Assembly (NCBI GenBank): GCA_965215605.1
Contig: OZ244070.1
Location: forward strand, 2,400,001 to 2,464,000
From: an uncultured Candidatus Binatia bacterium
GTDB lineage: Bacteria; Desulfobacterota; Binatia; UBA9968; JAJDTQ01
Reading direction: 5' to 3'
Length of the DNA: 64,000 bases
In this document: piece after piece, positions 47,980-58,448 of the stretch
How the letters are laid out: each line of letters begins with the position of its first letter
Numbering within the stretch: the first letter of the stretch is position 1
Made by a program: the position numbers and the translations under genes
The notes under the pieces: model-generated
What the model saw: only the letters and a program-made list of their open reading frames with translations
The model's database searches: none
What the model was told of the DNA's origin: nothing

Positions 47980-49176
47980 CTACCCGATCCCCTCCCGCGT
48001 CTCCGCGATCACCAGGTCCACCACCGCGCGCAGCGCCTGATCGTTGGTATCCCCCTCCACCCGGCGGAGGCGGAACAGGTCGATCTGGCGGTCGGCGCCG
48101 GTGCCTTCGCGGGTGATGGCGAGGGCGTGTTGCAGCTCCTTCTCGCAGTCCAGGGCGCGGGCGTCGTCGGCCAGTTCTTCCACCAGCTCCTTGGCGTAGT
48201 CCTCGACGTCCTTGCGGCCGCCCTCCCGGGTGTCGCCGTGGAAGCCGAGCACGCCGTAGCGCTGGGCCAGCCAGCGGTTCTCGGCGATGATCTCGGTGGG
48301 CGGCTCGGCCGGCAGTCCGCCTTCACGGTCGAGGCGCGACAGCCGCCGGATGAGGCAGGCGTAGAGGGCGGCGATGCACATGGCGTCGTCGACACGCGGG
48401 CACAGGTCGCAGATGCGCAGCTCAATGGTGGGGAAGCGCACGGACGGCCGGATGTCCCACCACAGCTCGCTGCCGTCGCCGATGAGGTTCATTCGCTGGT
48501 AGTCCCCCACCAGTTGGTCGAACTCCGCCCGGGACCACATGGGGCCGGGGAGGCCGGTGCGCGGCAGCGCGCCCATGATGGTGAGCCGGTAGGACTTGAA
48601 CCCGGTCTCGCGGCCGCCGTGGAAGGGCGACGACGTGGAAAGGGCGTGCAGCAGGGGCATGTGGCGCCGCATCGCGGTCATGACCCGGATGCGCGAGTCG
48701 GGGTCGCCGAACCCGGCGTGGATGTGCATGCCGCTCACGAGCAGGCGCCGTGCGGTCTCCTGGAACGTGGTGGCGAGTCTGTCGTACCGTTCCTTGGGCG
48801 TGCTCATCTGCGATTCCCACGCCGCGAAGGGATGGGTCGACGCGGCCATCACCGCGGCGCCGTGCCGGTCGGCCGCCTCCGCCACCACCCGGCGGGTCTC
48901 CTTGAGCGCGCTCCGCAGGTCCGCCACGGACTCGCACACGCGGGTGTTGGTCTCGATCTGGGAGCGAAGGAACTCGTGCACGAACCCGTGAGGCCCGCGG
49001 TTCTTTTCGCACCAGTCGAAGATCCCCGTGTCCGGATCGGCGATGATGTCGCGGCTGTCCGGATCCACCAGCCAGAACTCCTCCTCGATGCCGAAGGTGA
49101 TTTCCACGTCCTTCCGTGCCTCGGCCTCTTCGTCCTCGGCTTCACCCACGAGTCTGCGCAGTCGCTCGAACGCCAT
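47980..49176 (-). CDS. Carboxylate-amine ligase (YbdK/GCS2 family)
   Basis: GIEEEF, SQIETNT, ASTHP, GMHIH, SSPF, WWDIRPS, TIELRICD. Confidence 0.92.
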   Translation of the reverse strand: MAFERLRRLVGEAEDEEAEARKDVEITFGIEEEFWLVDPDSRDIIADPDTGIFDWCEKNRGPHGFVHEFLRSQIETNTRVCESVADLRSALKETRRVVAEAADRHGAAVMAASTHPFAAWESQMSTPKERYDRLATTFQETARRLLVSGMHIHAGFGDPDSRIRVMTAMRRHMPLLHALSTSSPFHGGRETGFKSYRLTIMGALPRTGLPGPMWSRAEFDQLVGDYQRMNLIGDGSELWWDIRPSVRFPTIELRICDLCPRVDDAMCIAALYACLIRRLSRLDREGGLPAEPPTEIIAENRWLAQRYGVLGFHGDTREGGRKDVEDYAKELVEELADDARALDCEKELQHALAITREGTGADRQIDLFRLRRVEGDTNDQALRAVVDLVIAETREGIG

Positions 49177-49397
49177 GTCCCGCCTCGCTTGTGTTGGCGG
49201 CCTGCAACGGCCGGATCACTGGAATCATCATCCACCTGGAAACCCGCACGCGGAGAGATATCGCACGCACGGTGCGGGGAGGCAAGGGCGGACCCACGCG
49301 GGACCGCGGCGACAACACGCATGAGGCGGCGCCCGAACGGGATCGGCCAACGAACGAGACGCCTGCGCTGGTCCGATTTTCGCGTTTCTTTGTCGTA

Positions 49398-49431
49398 TGG
49401 TCACGGGAACGTAACATGCCCCGGTTAAGCT
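49398..49431 (+). promoter_or_regulatory. Pho-box-like site and -10 upstream of phoX
   Basis: TGGTCAC-GGGA-ACGTAAC (GTCAC/GTAAC, 11 bp apart), a 10-bp gap, then TAAGCT. Confidence 0.5.
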
Positions 49432-49523
49432 TCCAGTCATCAAGTTCCGATGCCCCGGACCCAGACACGGCGGTTCGGATAAGATGGGCTCGGCTGGAAT
49501 CGCAAAGACCACGGAGGGAAAAA

Positions 49524-51419
49524 ATGCGCGACATGGCCGCAAGGCAGGAGATTGGAGAGCAGGAGCTCGATGAAGCCCACGATGCACCCCTCATGGAGAC
49601 CGACTTCGGCAAGCTGGCCGCCATGGCCATCTCCCGGAGGGGATTCCTGAGCGGCGGCGCGGCGTTCGCCGCATCCGCGTTCGTCATGAGCACCGGCGTG
49701 CTGAGGCCCCTCGCAGCGCTGGCCGGCGCCAGCCGCTTCGGCTTCGAGTCGGTGGCGGCCAACGGCCTCGACACCGTCACGGTTCCCAAGGGATACGGGT
49801 GGCATGTGGTAGCCAGATGGGGCGATCCCATGTGGTCCCGCGGCACGGAGTTCGATCAGAAGACCCGCGGCACCGGCGCCAGCCAGGAGCTGGCCTTCGG
49901 CGACAATAACGACGGCATGGCGCTGTTCAACCACCTCGGCCGAATCGTCCTGGCGGTCAACAACGAGTACGTGAACCGCGGCATCATCTTCGGCAGCGAA
50001 GGCAACAAGCCCCGGAACGCGGATGACGTGCGCAAGAGCAAGGCCGCTCACGGCGTGTCGGTGATGGAGCTGCGGCGCAAGGACGGCAAGTGGTCCATTG
50101 TCAAGGACTCGTCCTACAACCGCAAGATCACCGCGGACACGCCCATGGAGATCACCGGGCCGGCGCGCGGCCACGATCTGTTGAAGACGGCGGCCGATCC
50201 GGCGGGCACGCGCAGCCTCGGCACCTGGAACAACTGCGGCAACGGCCGCACCCCTTGGGGCACTTACCTCACCTGCGAGGAGAACTTCGACGACTATTTC
50301 TCCTCGGTCGACGCCAACGTGAAGGTCAGCCCCGAGTTCAAGCGCTATGGAGTCGACGCCAAGGACAAGTACGGATGGGCCATGACGGACGAGCGGTTCG
50401 ACATCGCGAAGCACCCCAACGAACCCAACCGCGCCGGCTACATCGTCGAGATCGACCCGCTGGACCCCGAGTCCACCCCGAAGAAACGCACCGCCCTCGG
50501 GCGCTTCAAGCACGAGAACGCCGAGGTGGTGCTGGCCGCCAACGGCCAGGTGGTGGTCTACCTGGGCGACGACGAGCGTGGCGAGTTCCTTTACAAATTC
50601 GTGAGTGTGGGACGCTACGTGGAAGGCGGCGATAATGCCGATCTGCTGGAGAAAGGCCGGCTCTACGTGGCGAAGTTCGCCGACGGCGGCCGGGGCGAGT
50701 GGCTGGAGTTGACCCCCGAGTCCACCGGGATGGCCTCGATGGCCGAGGTCTGCATCCATACGCGCATTGCCGCCTCGGCGGTGAAGGCTACCACCATGGA
50801 TCGCCCGGAATGGGTGGCCGCCAACCCCAGGAAGGCCGAAGTCTACTGCGCCCTCACCAACAACAAGAACCGCGGCAAGAGGGCCAACGCCGGCGGCGAC
50901 CCAACCCCCGTGGGAGGACCCAATCCCCGCGCCGGCAATCTCTACGGCCAGATCGTCCGCTGGCGGCCGGACGGCGGCAACCACCTGGCCAACGGTTTTG
51001 CCTGGGATCTCTACGTGGTGGCGGGAAACCCCTCGGTCCACAAGGACGCCAACGCAGGCTCCAGGAACGTCAATCCGGACAACATGTTCAACTCCCCCGA
51101 CGGCATCGCCTTCGACCGTAACGGCATGCTGTGGATCCAGACGGACGGCAACTACTCCAACGCCAAAGGCTTCGCCGGTCAGGGCAACAACCAGATGCTG
51201 GTGGGCGACCCCGCGACGGGCGAGATCCGCCGCTTCCTGGTGGGTCCCAAGCAGTGCGAGGTCACCGGCATCGCCTGGAGCGCCGACGGCAGGACCCTGT
51301 TCGTGGGCATTCAGCACCCGGGCGAGAAGGGCGACAGCCACTTCCCCGACGGCGGCGACACCGTCCCCCGCTCCGCGGTGATCGGGGTCACCCGCGACGA
51401 TGGCGGCCTCATCGGCTGA
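49524..51419 (+). CDS. phoX: PhoX-family alkaline phosphatase, Tat-exported
   Basis: SRRGFL, GDNNDGM, NNEY, GTWNNC, TPWGTYLTCEEN, GRFKHE, MDRPE, SPDG, IQTD, IQHPG. Confidence 0.93.
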   Translation: MRDMAARQEIGEQELDEAHDAPLMETDFGKLAAMAISRRGFLSGGAAFAASAFVMSTGVLRPLAALAGASRFGFESVAANGLDTVTVPKGYGWHVVARWGDPMWSRGTEFDQKTRGTGASQELAFGDNNDGMALFNHLGRIVLAVNNEYVNRGIIFGSEGNKPRNADDVRKSKAAHGVSVMELRRKDGKWSIVKDSSYNRKITADTPMEITGPARGHDLLKTAADPAGTRSLGTWNNCGNGRTPWGTYLTCEENFDDYFSSVDANVKVSPEFKRYGVDAKDKYGWAMTDERFDIAKHPNEPNRAGYIVEIDPLDPESTPKKRTALGRFKHENAEVVLAANGQVVVYLGDDERGEFLYKFVSVGRYVEGGDNADLLEKGRLYVAKFADGGRGEWLELTPESTGMASMAEVCIHTRIAASAVKATTMDRPEWVAANPRKAEVYCALTNNKNRGKRANAGGDPTPVGGPNPRAGNLYGQIVRWRPDGGNHLANGFAWDLYVVAGNPSVHKDANAGSRNVNPDNMFNSPDGIAFDRNGMLWIQTDGNYSNAKGFAGQGNNQMLVGDPATGEIRRFLVGPKQCEVTGIAWSADGRTLFVGIQHPGEKGDSHFPDGGDTVPRSAVIGVTRDDGGLIG

Positions 51420-51445
51420 GCCGTTGCCTCCTTCCCCTCTTCCCC

Positions 51446-51480
51446 CGGGAGGGCGCTTCGGCGCCCTCCCGTTCTTCTTC
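51446..51480 (+). terminator. Intrinsic terminator
   Basis: CGGGAGGGCGC-TTCG-GCGCCCTCCCG followed by TTCTTCTTC. Confidence 0.8.
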
Positions 51481-51588
51481 GTGGTTCCCCGCGGGTTGCA
51501 GACCGGACACCTGACGGTGTATAAGGGCGCGGTTTGCGGTGACTGCGCCCAAGGCCTTCCGCCATACGACGAGAATGCCGACGTCAGC

Positions 51589-52335
51589 ATGTTCACGCCC
51601 AATCAAGCAATCTCGCATCTTCTTGTCCTGGCATTCACGTTGACGCTGTGCCATTCCAACGGCGAGGCGTGCACGAACGCCGAAGGCGCGGAGACCGGAG
51701 CCGCCTGCGGCGAGGAAGACGGCGCCCGATTCCTTCGCGACCATGAAGCGCCGGGCCATGGCGACGGCGCGCACATGGTGCAAATCCAGCGGATGACGTG
51801 TGAAGACGGAGCCGTGGCCCGGTGGAACTCCCCGGATCGCGGGGTGGTGACCTACAAGATCAATGACTGGGCCGGCGTGGATATCGAGACGGCGCTGGCG
51901 GTGCGCCGGGGGGTGTCGCAGTGGGAGCGGGTGCTGCCGTTCTTTGCCATGCACGAGACCGGCGACGAGGACGCCGATATCACCATCGAGCTGTTCGATG
52001 ACGTGTTGCCCGGGATCGTCGGCGCCACCAAGTTGAAATGCCGCAACGGGCGGGAAGGCATCCGCAAGGCGTACGTCTACCTGGGGCTGAGAGGTGTGGG
52101 CGCCGTGGAGGCCCAGAACATGGCGGCCCACGAGATCGGACATGCCATGGGGTTGGGCCATTCGGACCGGAGCCATGACCTCATGGACGCCGGGTTGGCG
52201 GAGAAGGGAATAGACGAGCGCATGATATGCCCCAGCAACCTGAATCGGGCGGGACTGATCGCAGGGACCCACTCCTACGCCATTCCCGAGGAGGAGTGGA
52301 CCGAGGTGGACTGCTGGGGACGGATTCGCGGATGA
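51589..52335 (+). CDS. Secreted matrixin-family (metzincin) metalloprotease
   Basis: Signal-like N-terminus, ADITI, HEIGHAMGLGHS, Met-turn DLM. Confidence 0.8.
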   Translation: MFTPNQAISHLLVLAFTLTLCHSNGEACTNAEGAETGAACGEEDGARFLRDHEAPGHGDGAHMVQIQRMTCEDGAVARWNSPDRGVVTYKINDWAGVDIETALAVRRGVSQWERVLPFFAMHETGDEDADITIELFDDVLPGIVGATKLKCRNGREGIRKAYVYLGLRGVGAVEAQNMAAHEIGHAMGLGHSDRSHDLMDAGLAEKGIDERMICPSNLNRAGLIAGTHSYAIPEEEWTEVDCWGRIRG

Positions 52336-53132
52336 GGGCCGCCGACTGGACCATTCCGTCCGCCTTGACCGATTTCGCTGACATCCAGAAGGCCCTCGAA
52401 GGCCGCCAGGCCGCCGTGTTCCTCGACTACGACGGGACGCTGACGCCCATCGTGGACACCCCCGCGCAGGCCGTGCTTTCCGAGGAGATGCGCGCCACGG
52501 TGCGGCGTCTGGGCGACCGCTGCGTCACCGCGGTGATCAGCGGACGCGGCCGGGCGGACGTGCAGGAGCGGGTGCGGCTCGACAATCTCTTCTACGCGGG
52601 GACCCACGGTTTCGACATCGTCGGGCCCGCGGGTTCCGGCATCCGGCACCAGGTGGGGCGGGAGTTCCTGCCGGTCATGGAGGAGTTGGACAAACGCCTC
52701 AACGGCGCCCTCATGCACGTCCCCGGCCTGCTGGTGGAGACCAAGGGCCACTCCATAGCCGTTCACTACCGGCTCGTGGACGAGGCGGCGGTGCCGGCTG
52801 TCGAGGCCGTGGTCGACGGCCTGCTGCAAGACGACGTCAGGCTGCGCAAGACCCATGGGAAGAAGGTGTTCGAGATCAGGCCCCGTTTCGACTGGCACAA
52901 GGGCAAGGCAGTGGAATGGATCCTCCAGGCCCAGGGCGGCGACTCTGTGCCGCTTTACCTGGGCGATGACACCACCGACGAGGACGGCTTCGAGGCCGTG
53001 GCCGGCGCGGGTGTAGGGATCCTCGTGGCGGACCAGCCGAGGACCACGGCGGCGAGCTACCGGTTGAACGACGAGGCCGAGGTAGGACGGTTCCTTCAAC
53101 GGCTTGCAGGGACCATCCGAGAGCGCGCCTGA
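52332..53132 (+). CDS. otsB: Trehalose-6-phosphate phosphatase
   Basis: FLDYDGTL, ISGR, AGTHG, VHYR, GKKVFEIRP, KGKA, GDDTTDED. Confidence 0.93.
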   Translation: MRAADWTIPSALTDFADIQKALEGRQAAVFLDYDGTLTPIVDTPAQAVLSEEMRATVRRLGDRCVTAVISGRGRADVQERVRLDNLFYAGTHGFDIVGPAGSGIRHQVGREFLPVMEELDKRLNGALMHVPGLLVETKGHSIAVHYRLVDEAAVPAVEAVVDGLLQDDVRLRKTHGKKVFEIRPRFDWHKGKAVEWILQAQGGDSVPLYLGDDTTDEDGFEAVAGAGVGILVADQPRTTAASYRLNDEAEVGRFLQRLAGTIRERA

Positions 53133-53207
53133 CATGAATCCGGTCAACCCGCCGATACGGACGCGCGACACCCCGCGTCCCCGCGGTTGCGCGCGTTTCC
53201 AGGACTG

Positions 53208-54419
53208 ATGCAGGACCCGCGCGAACAGTTGTGGAGCCGGCTCCGGGCCGCGGGAATCCCCGGCGTTCCGGACGAGTTCTCGGTGACTTTCGCCCACCAG
53301 GCAATTCCGCCCGCGGTGCTGGACGAGATCGACGCTTTCATCGGCGTCTTCGAGGATGTCACCACCCGGCCGGTGTGGCAGGAGGCCGTGGTCGGTTCGT
53401 CCGGCCAGAGCGTGCCGTCGAGCCGGTCGGAGGTGTGCTTCTTCAGCGCATGGGACTTCCATCTGCCCCCCGAAGGTCCGTGGCAGGTCATCGAGTTCAA
53501 CGACAACGGCTCCGGACTTCTGTACGCCGGCTTCATCAACGAGTCCTTCCACGCGCTCCTGGACCCGGACCGGCGGGCCGCCCTTGAAGCCCCGCCGACG
53601 GCCGCCGACCTCGCGGGACGCATCGGGCAGATGGTCCGCCGGGAGGCCGAAGCGTTCTTCGACGCTGTCCCCGAGGGCCTTTTCCTCATCCTCGACGAAC
53701 CCGAAGCGCTGGAGCGGGGCAAGTTCGGCGGAGAGATGGAGCTGTTGCGGGAGTTGTTCCGTGGCGAGGGGTGGAGGTCGGAAGTGGGATCGACGGCGGA
53801 CCTCCGCTGGGACGGGGGGCGGCTCCGGCACCATGGAGAGCCGGTTTCGTTCATCGTGAACCGCTCCACCGACTTTTTCCTGGAAAAGGAGACCACGCGC
53901 CCGTTGCGGGACGCCTTCCTGCACGGCAGCGTCTACGTGGCGCCCAACCCGTTCACCTACGCGACCCGCAGCGACAAGCGGCTGCTGGAATTTCTTTCGC
54001 TTTCTTCATGGGACCGGGAGCTCGGCATCGAAGCCCGCGAGCGGGAGGTCCTGAGCCGGCACATTCCCGAGACCCGCCTGCTGCGGCCCGACAACCTCGA
54101 TTCCATCGTCGAGAACCGCGACCGGTTCGTGTTCAAGCCGATCCGCAGCCACGCCAGCAGGGGCTTTCTGCCGAGCGCCCGAGTCGGGCGCTCGCGCCTG
54201 CAGCGGCTGGTGCGCAAGGGCGAAGGCTACGTCGCCCAGAGGAAGGTGGGGCGGCCGCGGATCCGGCTCGACGACGACTCGTCCGTGTGGGCGGACCTGC
54301 GGGTGTGGGCGTACCGGGGCGAGCGGGTGCTTCTGTCCGGCCGCACCTCCATCGACGAAAATTCCCTGGACCTGAGGCCGCCGGCCGGGTGGCTTCCCAC
54401 CTTCGCGGCCAGGAGTTGA
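53208..54419 (+). CDS. Circularly permuted ATP-grasp-like amide ligase
   Basis: DFHL..VIEFNDNG, IVNR, PNP..SDKRLL, IPET, VFKP..ASRG, YVAQ, DLRV. Confidence 0.65.
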   Translation: MQDPREQLWSRLRAAGIPGVPDEFSVTFAHQAIPPAVLDEIDAFIGVFEDVTTRPVWQEAVVGSSGQSVPSSRSEVCFFSAWDFHLPPEGPWQVIEFNDNGSGLLYAGFINESFHALLDPDRRAALEAPPTAADLAGRIGQMVRREAEAFFDAVPEGLFLILDEPEALERGKFGGEMELLRELFRGEGWRSEVGSTADLRWDGGRLRHHGEPVSFIVNRSTDFFLEKETTRPLRDAFLHGSVYVAPNPFTYATRSDKRLLEFLSLSSWDRELGIEAREREVLSRHIPETRLLRPDNLDSIVENRDRFVFKPIRSHASRGFLPSARVGRSRLQRLVRKGEGYVAQRKVGRPRIRLDDDSSVWADLRVWAYRGERVLLSGRTSIDENSLDLRPPAGWLPTFAARS

Positions 54420-54472
54420 CCGCCCCCGCGCCGTATTCTAGGGTCGTTTATTCTCTAACGGAGGAAAAGAAA

Positions 54473-56185
54473 ATGATCGAAGTCAATGGACTCACGGGCG
54501 GCGAGGCCTTCTTGCGCGTCTTGTCGGGTATGGGCGTGGAGCGCATTTTCGCGTCGCCGGGGTCGGAGTGGTCGCCGGTGTGGGAGGCTTTGGCCAAGCC
54601 GGACGAGAGCATGCCGGTCTACCTGAGCTCGCGGCACGAAGAGGTGGCCCTGGCCATGGCCAGCGGCTATGCCAAGTCCACCGGCAAGCTGCCGGCGGTC
54701 ATGATCCACACCACCGTGGGTGCGCTTCACGGCTCCATGGCCCTGCGCGGGGCGCTCCACGAGCAGGTGCCCATGGTGGTCTTCACCGGCGAATCCATCG
54801 CCTTTGGCGAGGATGACGGGCCCGATCCCGGCGGCCAGTGGATGCGCTTCCTCTCGGACGTGGGCGGCCCGGCCCGGCTCGTGGACCACTGCGTCAAATG
54901 GAGTTTCGGGGTCAACGACAAGAATATCCTGGTCTCCACCATCCAGCGCGCCTGCCAGATGGCCATGAGCTCGCCCCAAGGGCCGGTGTTCGTGTCGCTG
55001 CCCATGGAGTATCTGTTCGACAAGGTCACGCGGGAGGCGCCTCTGAAGGTGTCCATGCCTTCCCGGCCGAGCCCGGATCCCGAGAGAATCGACGAGTTGG
55101 CGGGCCTGCTCCGGACAGCGAGAAACCCGGTCCTGTTGAGTGAGAACGCCGGCAGGAACACCGACATCGTGGACCGCATGGTGGAGCTGGCGGAGTTGCT
55201 CAACGCGCCGGTGGTGGAAACCCGGAGCAGCGGCTACTTCAACTTCCCGCGGGACCATGAGTTGCACGGCGGCTTCGAGCCCGGGGAATACATGGCCGAT
55301 GCCGACGTAGTCTGCCTCATCGGCGCGACCCAGCCGTGGCATCCGGCCTCGGCGAACGTGGCGCAGGGCGCCAAGGTGGTGGCGCTGGATGAGGATCCGC
55401 TTCACATGCGCCTGCCTTATTGGGGTGTTCAGGTGGACCTGAGCATCGCCGGGGAGCTGGAAGCATCCTTGGGCGCCTTGGTGGAGCGACTCCGCCAGGA
55501 CGGCGTGGCGGACGGCGGCGCGGGCGCGGAACGGCGGGCGAAGCTGCGGGAGGCGGGCGCGGCGCGCCGGGCCGGGTGGGCCGAACAGGCCCGGAGGCTG
55601 GGTTCCAGGGAGCCCATGGATACCAACTGGGTCATCTACCAACTGAACCAGGTAATTCCCGACGATGCCTTCCTGGTGGAGGAGACCATCACCCACCGTC
55701 TGGCGGTGCATCAGTACCTGGATCGGATCAAACCCGGCAACTTCTTCAGCGGCTGCATCGGCGGCCTGGGCACCGGCCTGGGCACCGCCCTCGGCGTCAA
55801 GGCCGCCCATCCGGACAAACCGGTGGTGCTGGTCATGGGCGACGGCACGTTCAACTACAACCCCGGCATCGCGGGTTTCGGGTTCGCCCAGGAGTACCGC
55901 ATGCCGATCCTCATCGTGCTCATGAACAACCACGGCTACAAGTCCATGAAGCGCGGCATCCCGGAGTACTATCCCGATGGCTGGGCGGTGGGCACCAACC
56001 AGTTCGTGGGCACGTCCATCGCGCCCGCGCCGGACTACGCCGCCATCGTCCGGGCCTTCGACGGCTTCGGCGAGCGGGTGCAGAGTCCGGACATGGTCAA
56101 ACCGGCCCTCGAACGAGGCCTCCAGGCCGCCAAGGAAGGGCGGCTGGCGCTGGTGGACCTGTGGCTGGAGCCGGTGAACGATTAG
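54473..56185 (+). CDS. Thiamine-pyrophosphate-binding enzyme (acetolactate synthase/decarboxylase-like)
   Basis: SPGSE, RHEEVA, GPVFVSLP, GDGTFNY...NNHGY. Confidence 0.9.
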   Translation: MIEVNGLTGGEAFLRVLSGMGVERIFASPGSEWSPVWEALAKPDESMPVYLSSRHEEVALAMASGYAKSTGKLPAVMIHTTVGALHGSMALRGALHEQVPMVVFTGESIAFGEDDGPDPGGQWMRFLSDVGGPARLVDHCVKWSFGVNDKNILVSTIQRACQMAMSSPQGPVFVSLPMEYLFDKVTREAPLKVSMPSRPSPDPERIDELAGLLRTARNPVLLSENAGRNTDIVDRMVELAELLNAPVVETRSSGYFNFPRDHELHGGFEPGEYMADADVVCLIGATQPWHPASANVAQGAKVVALDEDPLHMRLPYWGVQVDLSIAGELEASLGALVERLRQDGVADGGAGAERRAKLREAGAARRAGWAEQARRLGSREPMDTNWVIYQLNQVIPDDAFLVEETITHRLAVHQYLDRIKPGNFFSGCIGGLGTGLGTALGVKAAHPDKPVVLVMGDGTFNYNPGIAGFGFAQEYRMPILIVLMNNHGYKSMKRGIPEYYPDGWAVGTNQFVGTSIAPAPDYAAIVRAFDGFGERVQSPDMVKPALERGLQAAKEGRLALVDLWLEPVND

Positions 56186-56223
56186 GCGGCGCTTGGGAAG
56201 CAGGACCACAAGGAGCATTTCGC

Positions 56224-57129
56224 GTGAAGATTCTTCGTTTTAACGATGATCGCATCGGCGTCCTCAAGAACGGCGCCAACGTGGTGGACGTGAGCGGTAT
56301 CATCCAGTACCGGGTCGAGAAGGGACCCCAGCGGGTGATGGAGGAGGTGATCGCCAACTTCGACGACTACCGGAAGGAGTTCGACCGGCTGTGCCGGGAA
56401 GGGTCGGGCCTCCCGCTGAGCGGGGTCGAGCTGCTGGCGCCCATCCCGCGGCCGAGCAAGTGTCTGGCCGCTTTTGTCAACTACCTCGATTCCCCGGAGC
56501 GCACACCCGATTCCCTGCCCATCGAGTTCTTCTACAAGGCGCCCGAGCTCCTGGGGCCGGAGGGCGTGGTGGAGCTGCCCGACATCCCTGCGGTGGTGGT
56601 GACGCAACCCGAGGCCGAGCTGGCCTTCGTCATGGGCCCGTGCGGCCGGAACCTCTCCGAGTCCGATGCCATGGCCGCCGTGTTCGGCTATGTGCCGTTC
56701 TTCGATATCTCGAACCGGGGCATGGTGCGCCGGACCCAGTTCCTCCCCAAGGGGCAGAGCAGCCACAGCCCTTGCGGCCCCTGGATCACCACCGCCGACG
56801 AGGTGCCGGACCCCCACGACCTCACGGTCAAGTCATGGGTCGGCGGCGAGGCCCGGCAGGACTACAACACCCGCCACATGGCCCACAAGGTCCCCGAACT
56901 GGTGGCTTGGCTCTCACGCTTCGTGCAACTCCAGCCCGGCGACGTCATCGCTACCGGCACCTACCACGTGGGCCTCGGCCCCATGAACAATGGCGACACC
57001 CTGGAGATCGACATCGAGAAGCTCGGCAAGGCCCGCTTCACGGTCAGGGCCGAAGGCCCGCGCAAGGACACCGAGTGGATGCCGGGCAAGTCGCAGCCGC
57101 CGGGCGGGGGCGGGGTGTCGAGGGTCTGA
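56224..57129 (+). CDS. Fumarylacetoacetate hydrolase-family protein
   Basis: NY, FFYKAP, EAELAFV, DISNR, PCGPWI, LQPGDVIATGT; GTG start with AAGGAG RBS. Confidence 0.88.
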   Translation: MKILRFNDDRIGVLKNGANVVDVSGIIQYRVEKGPQRVMEEVIANFDDYRKEFDRLCREGSGLPLSGVELLAPIPRPSKCLAAFVNYLDSPERTPDSLPIEFFYKAPELLGPEGVVELPDIPAVVVTQPEAELAFVMGPCGRNLSESDAMAAVFGYVPFFDISNRGMVRRTQFLPKGQSSHSPCGPWITTADEVPDPHDLTVKSWVGGEARQDYNTRHMAHKVPELVAWLSRFVQLQPGDVIATGTYHVGLGPMNNGDTLEIDIEKLGKARFTVRAEGPRKDTEWMPGKSQPPGGGGVSRV

Positions 57130-57212
57130 CCGGGAGTCTTGTCTGTCATGGACGCCAGTTGACGTGATCTCATCGATTTTGACCTTGAAAGCCAGCCCTG
57201 AAAGGATGGGTT

Positions 57213-58448
57213 TCACGTCACTGCTCTTAGGTCCTCGTGATCGAAGGCGCTGGCCATGCGAGCGATCTTGTCCGAGGTAATCCCGAAGCGGGCCGCGGCA
57301 TCGCGCCAGCCCGCGACTGCCGTTCCGACCTCCGTCGCTATGGTGCGGGCATCCACTTCGGTCATGCCGAACATCGGCGTAATCTGGAAGGCCGTGTCGA
57401 GCGACGCTGTTCCATCAATTTCGTCGATGGCAAGGGCATGGATCCGGGGCTTCACGTCGGTGGGCATGGGGTTGAGATCGTAGGCTGGCGCGAGCCGCCA
57501 GCCATTTGAATCACGAAGGAAGCCGTGATTGCGGAGATGGTCGTCGGTGTTGGACACCAGCATATTGAACACGATCCGCCGCCAAAGTTGGCGCAGGTCT
57601 TCGTTCACCCGCGATCCCTCGCGTCGAAGGAATTCGGCAATCTCGAGATAGCTGCGTGGTTCGTTGTCGGCAGCTTCGAGAGCGGTGAGCGCCGACATGT
57701 ACGGGATGCGATGACCCTCCCGTCGGTCGAAACGCCGAGCCATGAGGACAGGTCTCTTCAATACGAGCTCTAGCCGCCATGGCGAAACCTCCACCCCGGC
57801 GGCCTCGGCGAGCGCCGTGGTCGCCGCCTCCCATCGTGTTATCGGCCACTCATCGTCCTTGCGCGGGAACTTGGCGATCAGCAGGTGACCGTCCTGGTCG
57901 CGCACCGACGCCTTCGGGCGGGCGCCGCCGAGCGACGTGCCAGGGGCCAGGATCAGTTGCAGGTCTTCATCGGTCTCCTTGTCGTCGATGACGCGGTTGG
58001 TTGCCGACAGCAGACGGGGGAGGTCGACGACGGGTGGAACGCGCTTGCCGGTCGAAGTGAGGAAGGTGCAACCGCCCGCGTCCTTGAAGCGAAGCGCGCC
58101 GAGTCGTGTTTCGTCGTCGACGAGTATCAGGAAGTCTACGGCGAGCAGCGTTCTCGGTTGACGGCGTTCCGCGCGGGCGCGTCGGCGTTCGTTGCGGCGC
58201 ATGAGGGTTTGTCCCCATCGATCCGGTGCCGGATCGGTGAAGGCATTGAACAACGGGCGATCGGTGTGGAATTGCCCTCGTGCGAGAGGGAGGAGGGGAT
58301 CGAGGCCGAAGGCATCGCGACGCGCCAGCCAGGATGGATCATACTCGAAGGACGCCGTTTCCGTAGCCCCACGCGTGCGTGCCCAGAGCCGCCCCACGGG
58401 AAGGCTCTCTCCAGCCAGTTCCATGAGGACGAAGATCTCACGTTCCAT
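57213..58448 (-). CDS. hipA: HipA-family kinase toxin
   Basis: N-terminal coupled domain SFEY, PDRWG, SLGGARPK, RRFDR, DDHLRNH, LAPAYD. Confidence 0.9.
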   Translation of the reverse strand: MEREIFVLMELAGESLPVGRLWARTRGATETASFEYDPSWLARRDAFGLDPLLPLARGQFHTDRPLFNAFTDPAPDRWGQTLMRRNERRRARAERRQPRTLLAVDFLILVDDETRLGALRFKDAGGCTFLTSTGKRVPPVVDLPRLLSATNRVIDDKETDEDLQLILAPGTSLGGARPKASVRDQDGHLLIAKFPRKDDEWPITRWEAATTALAEAAGVEVSPWRLELVLKRPVLMARRFDRREGHRIPYMSALTALEAADNEPRSYLEIAEFLRREGSRVNEDLRQLWRRIVFNMLVSNTDDHLRNHGFLRDSNGWRLAPAYDLNPMPTDVKPRIHALAIDEIDGTASLDTAFQITPMFGMTEVDARTIATEVGTAVAGWRDAAARFGITSDKIARMASAFDHEDLRAVT

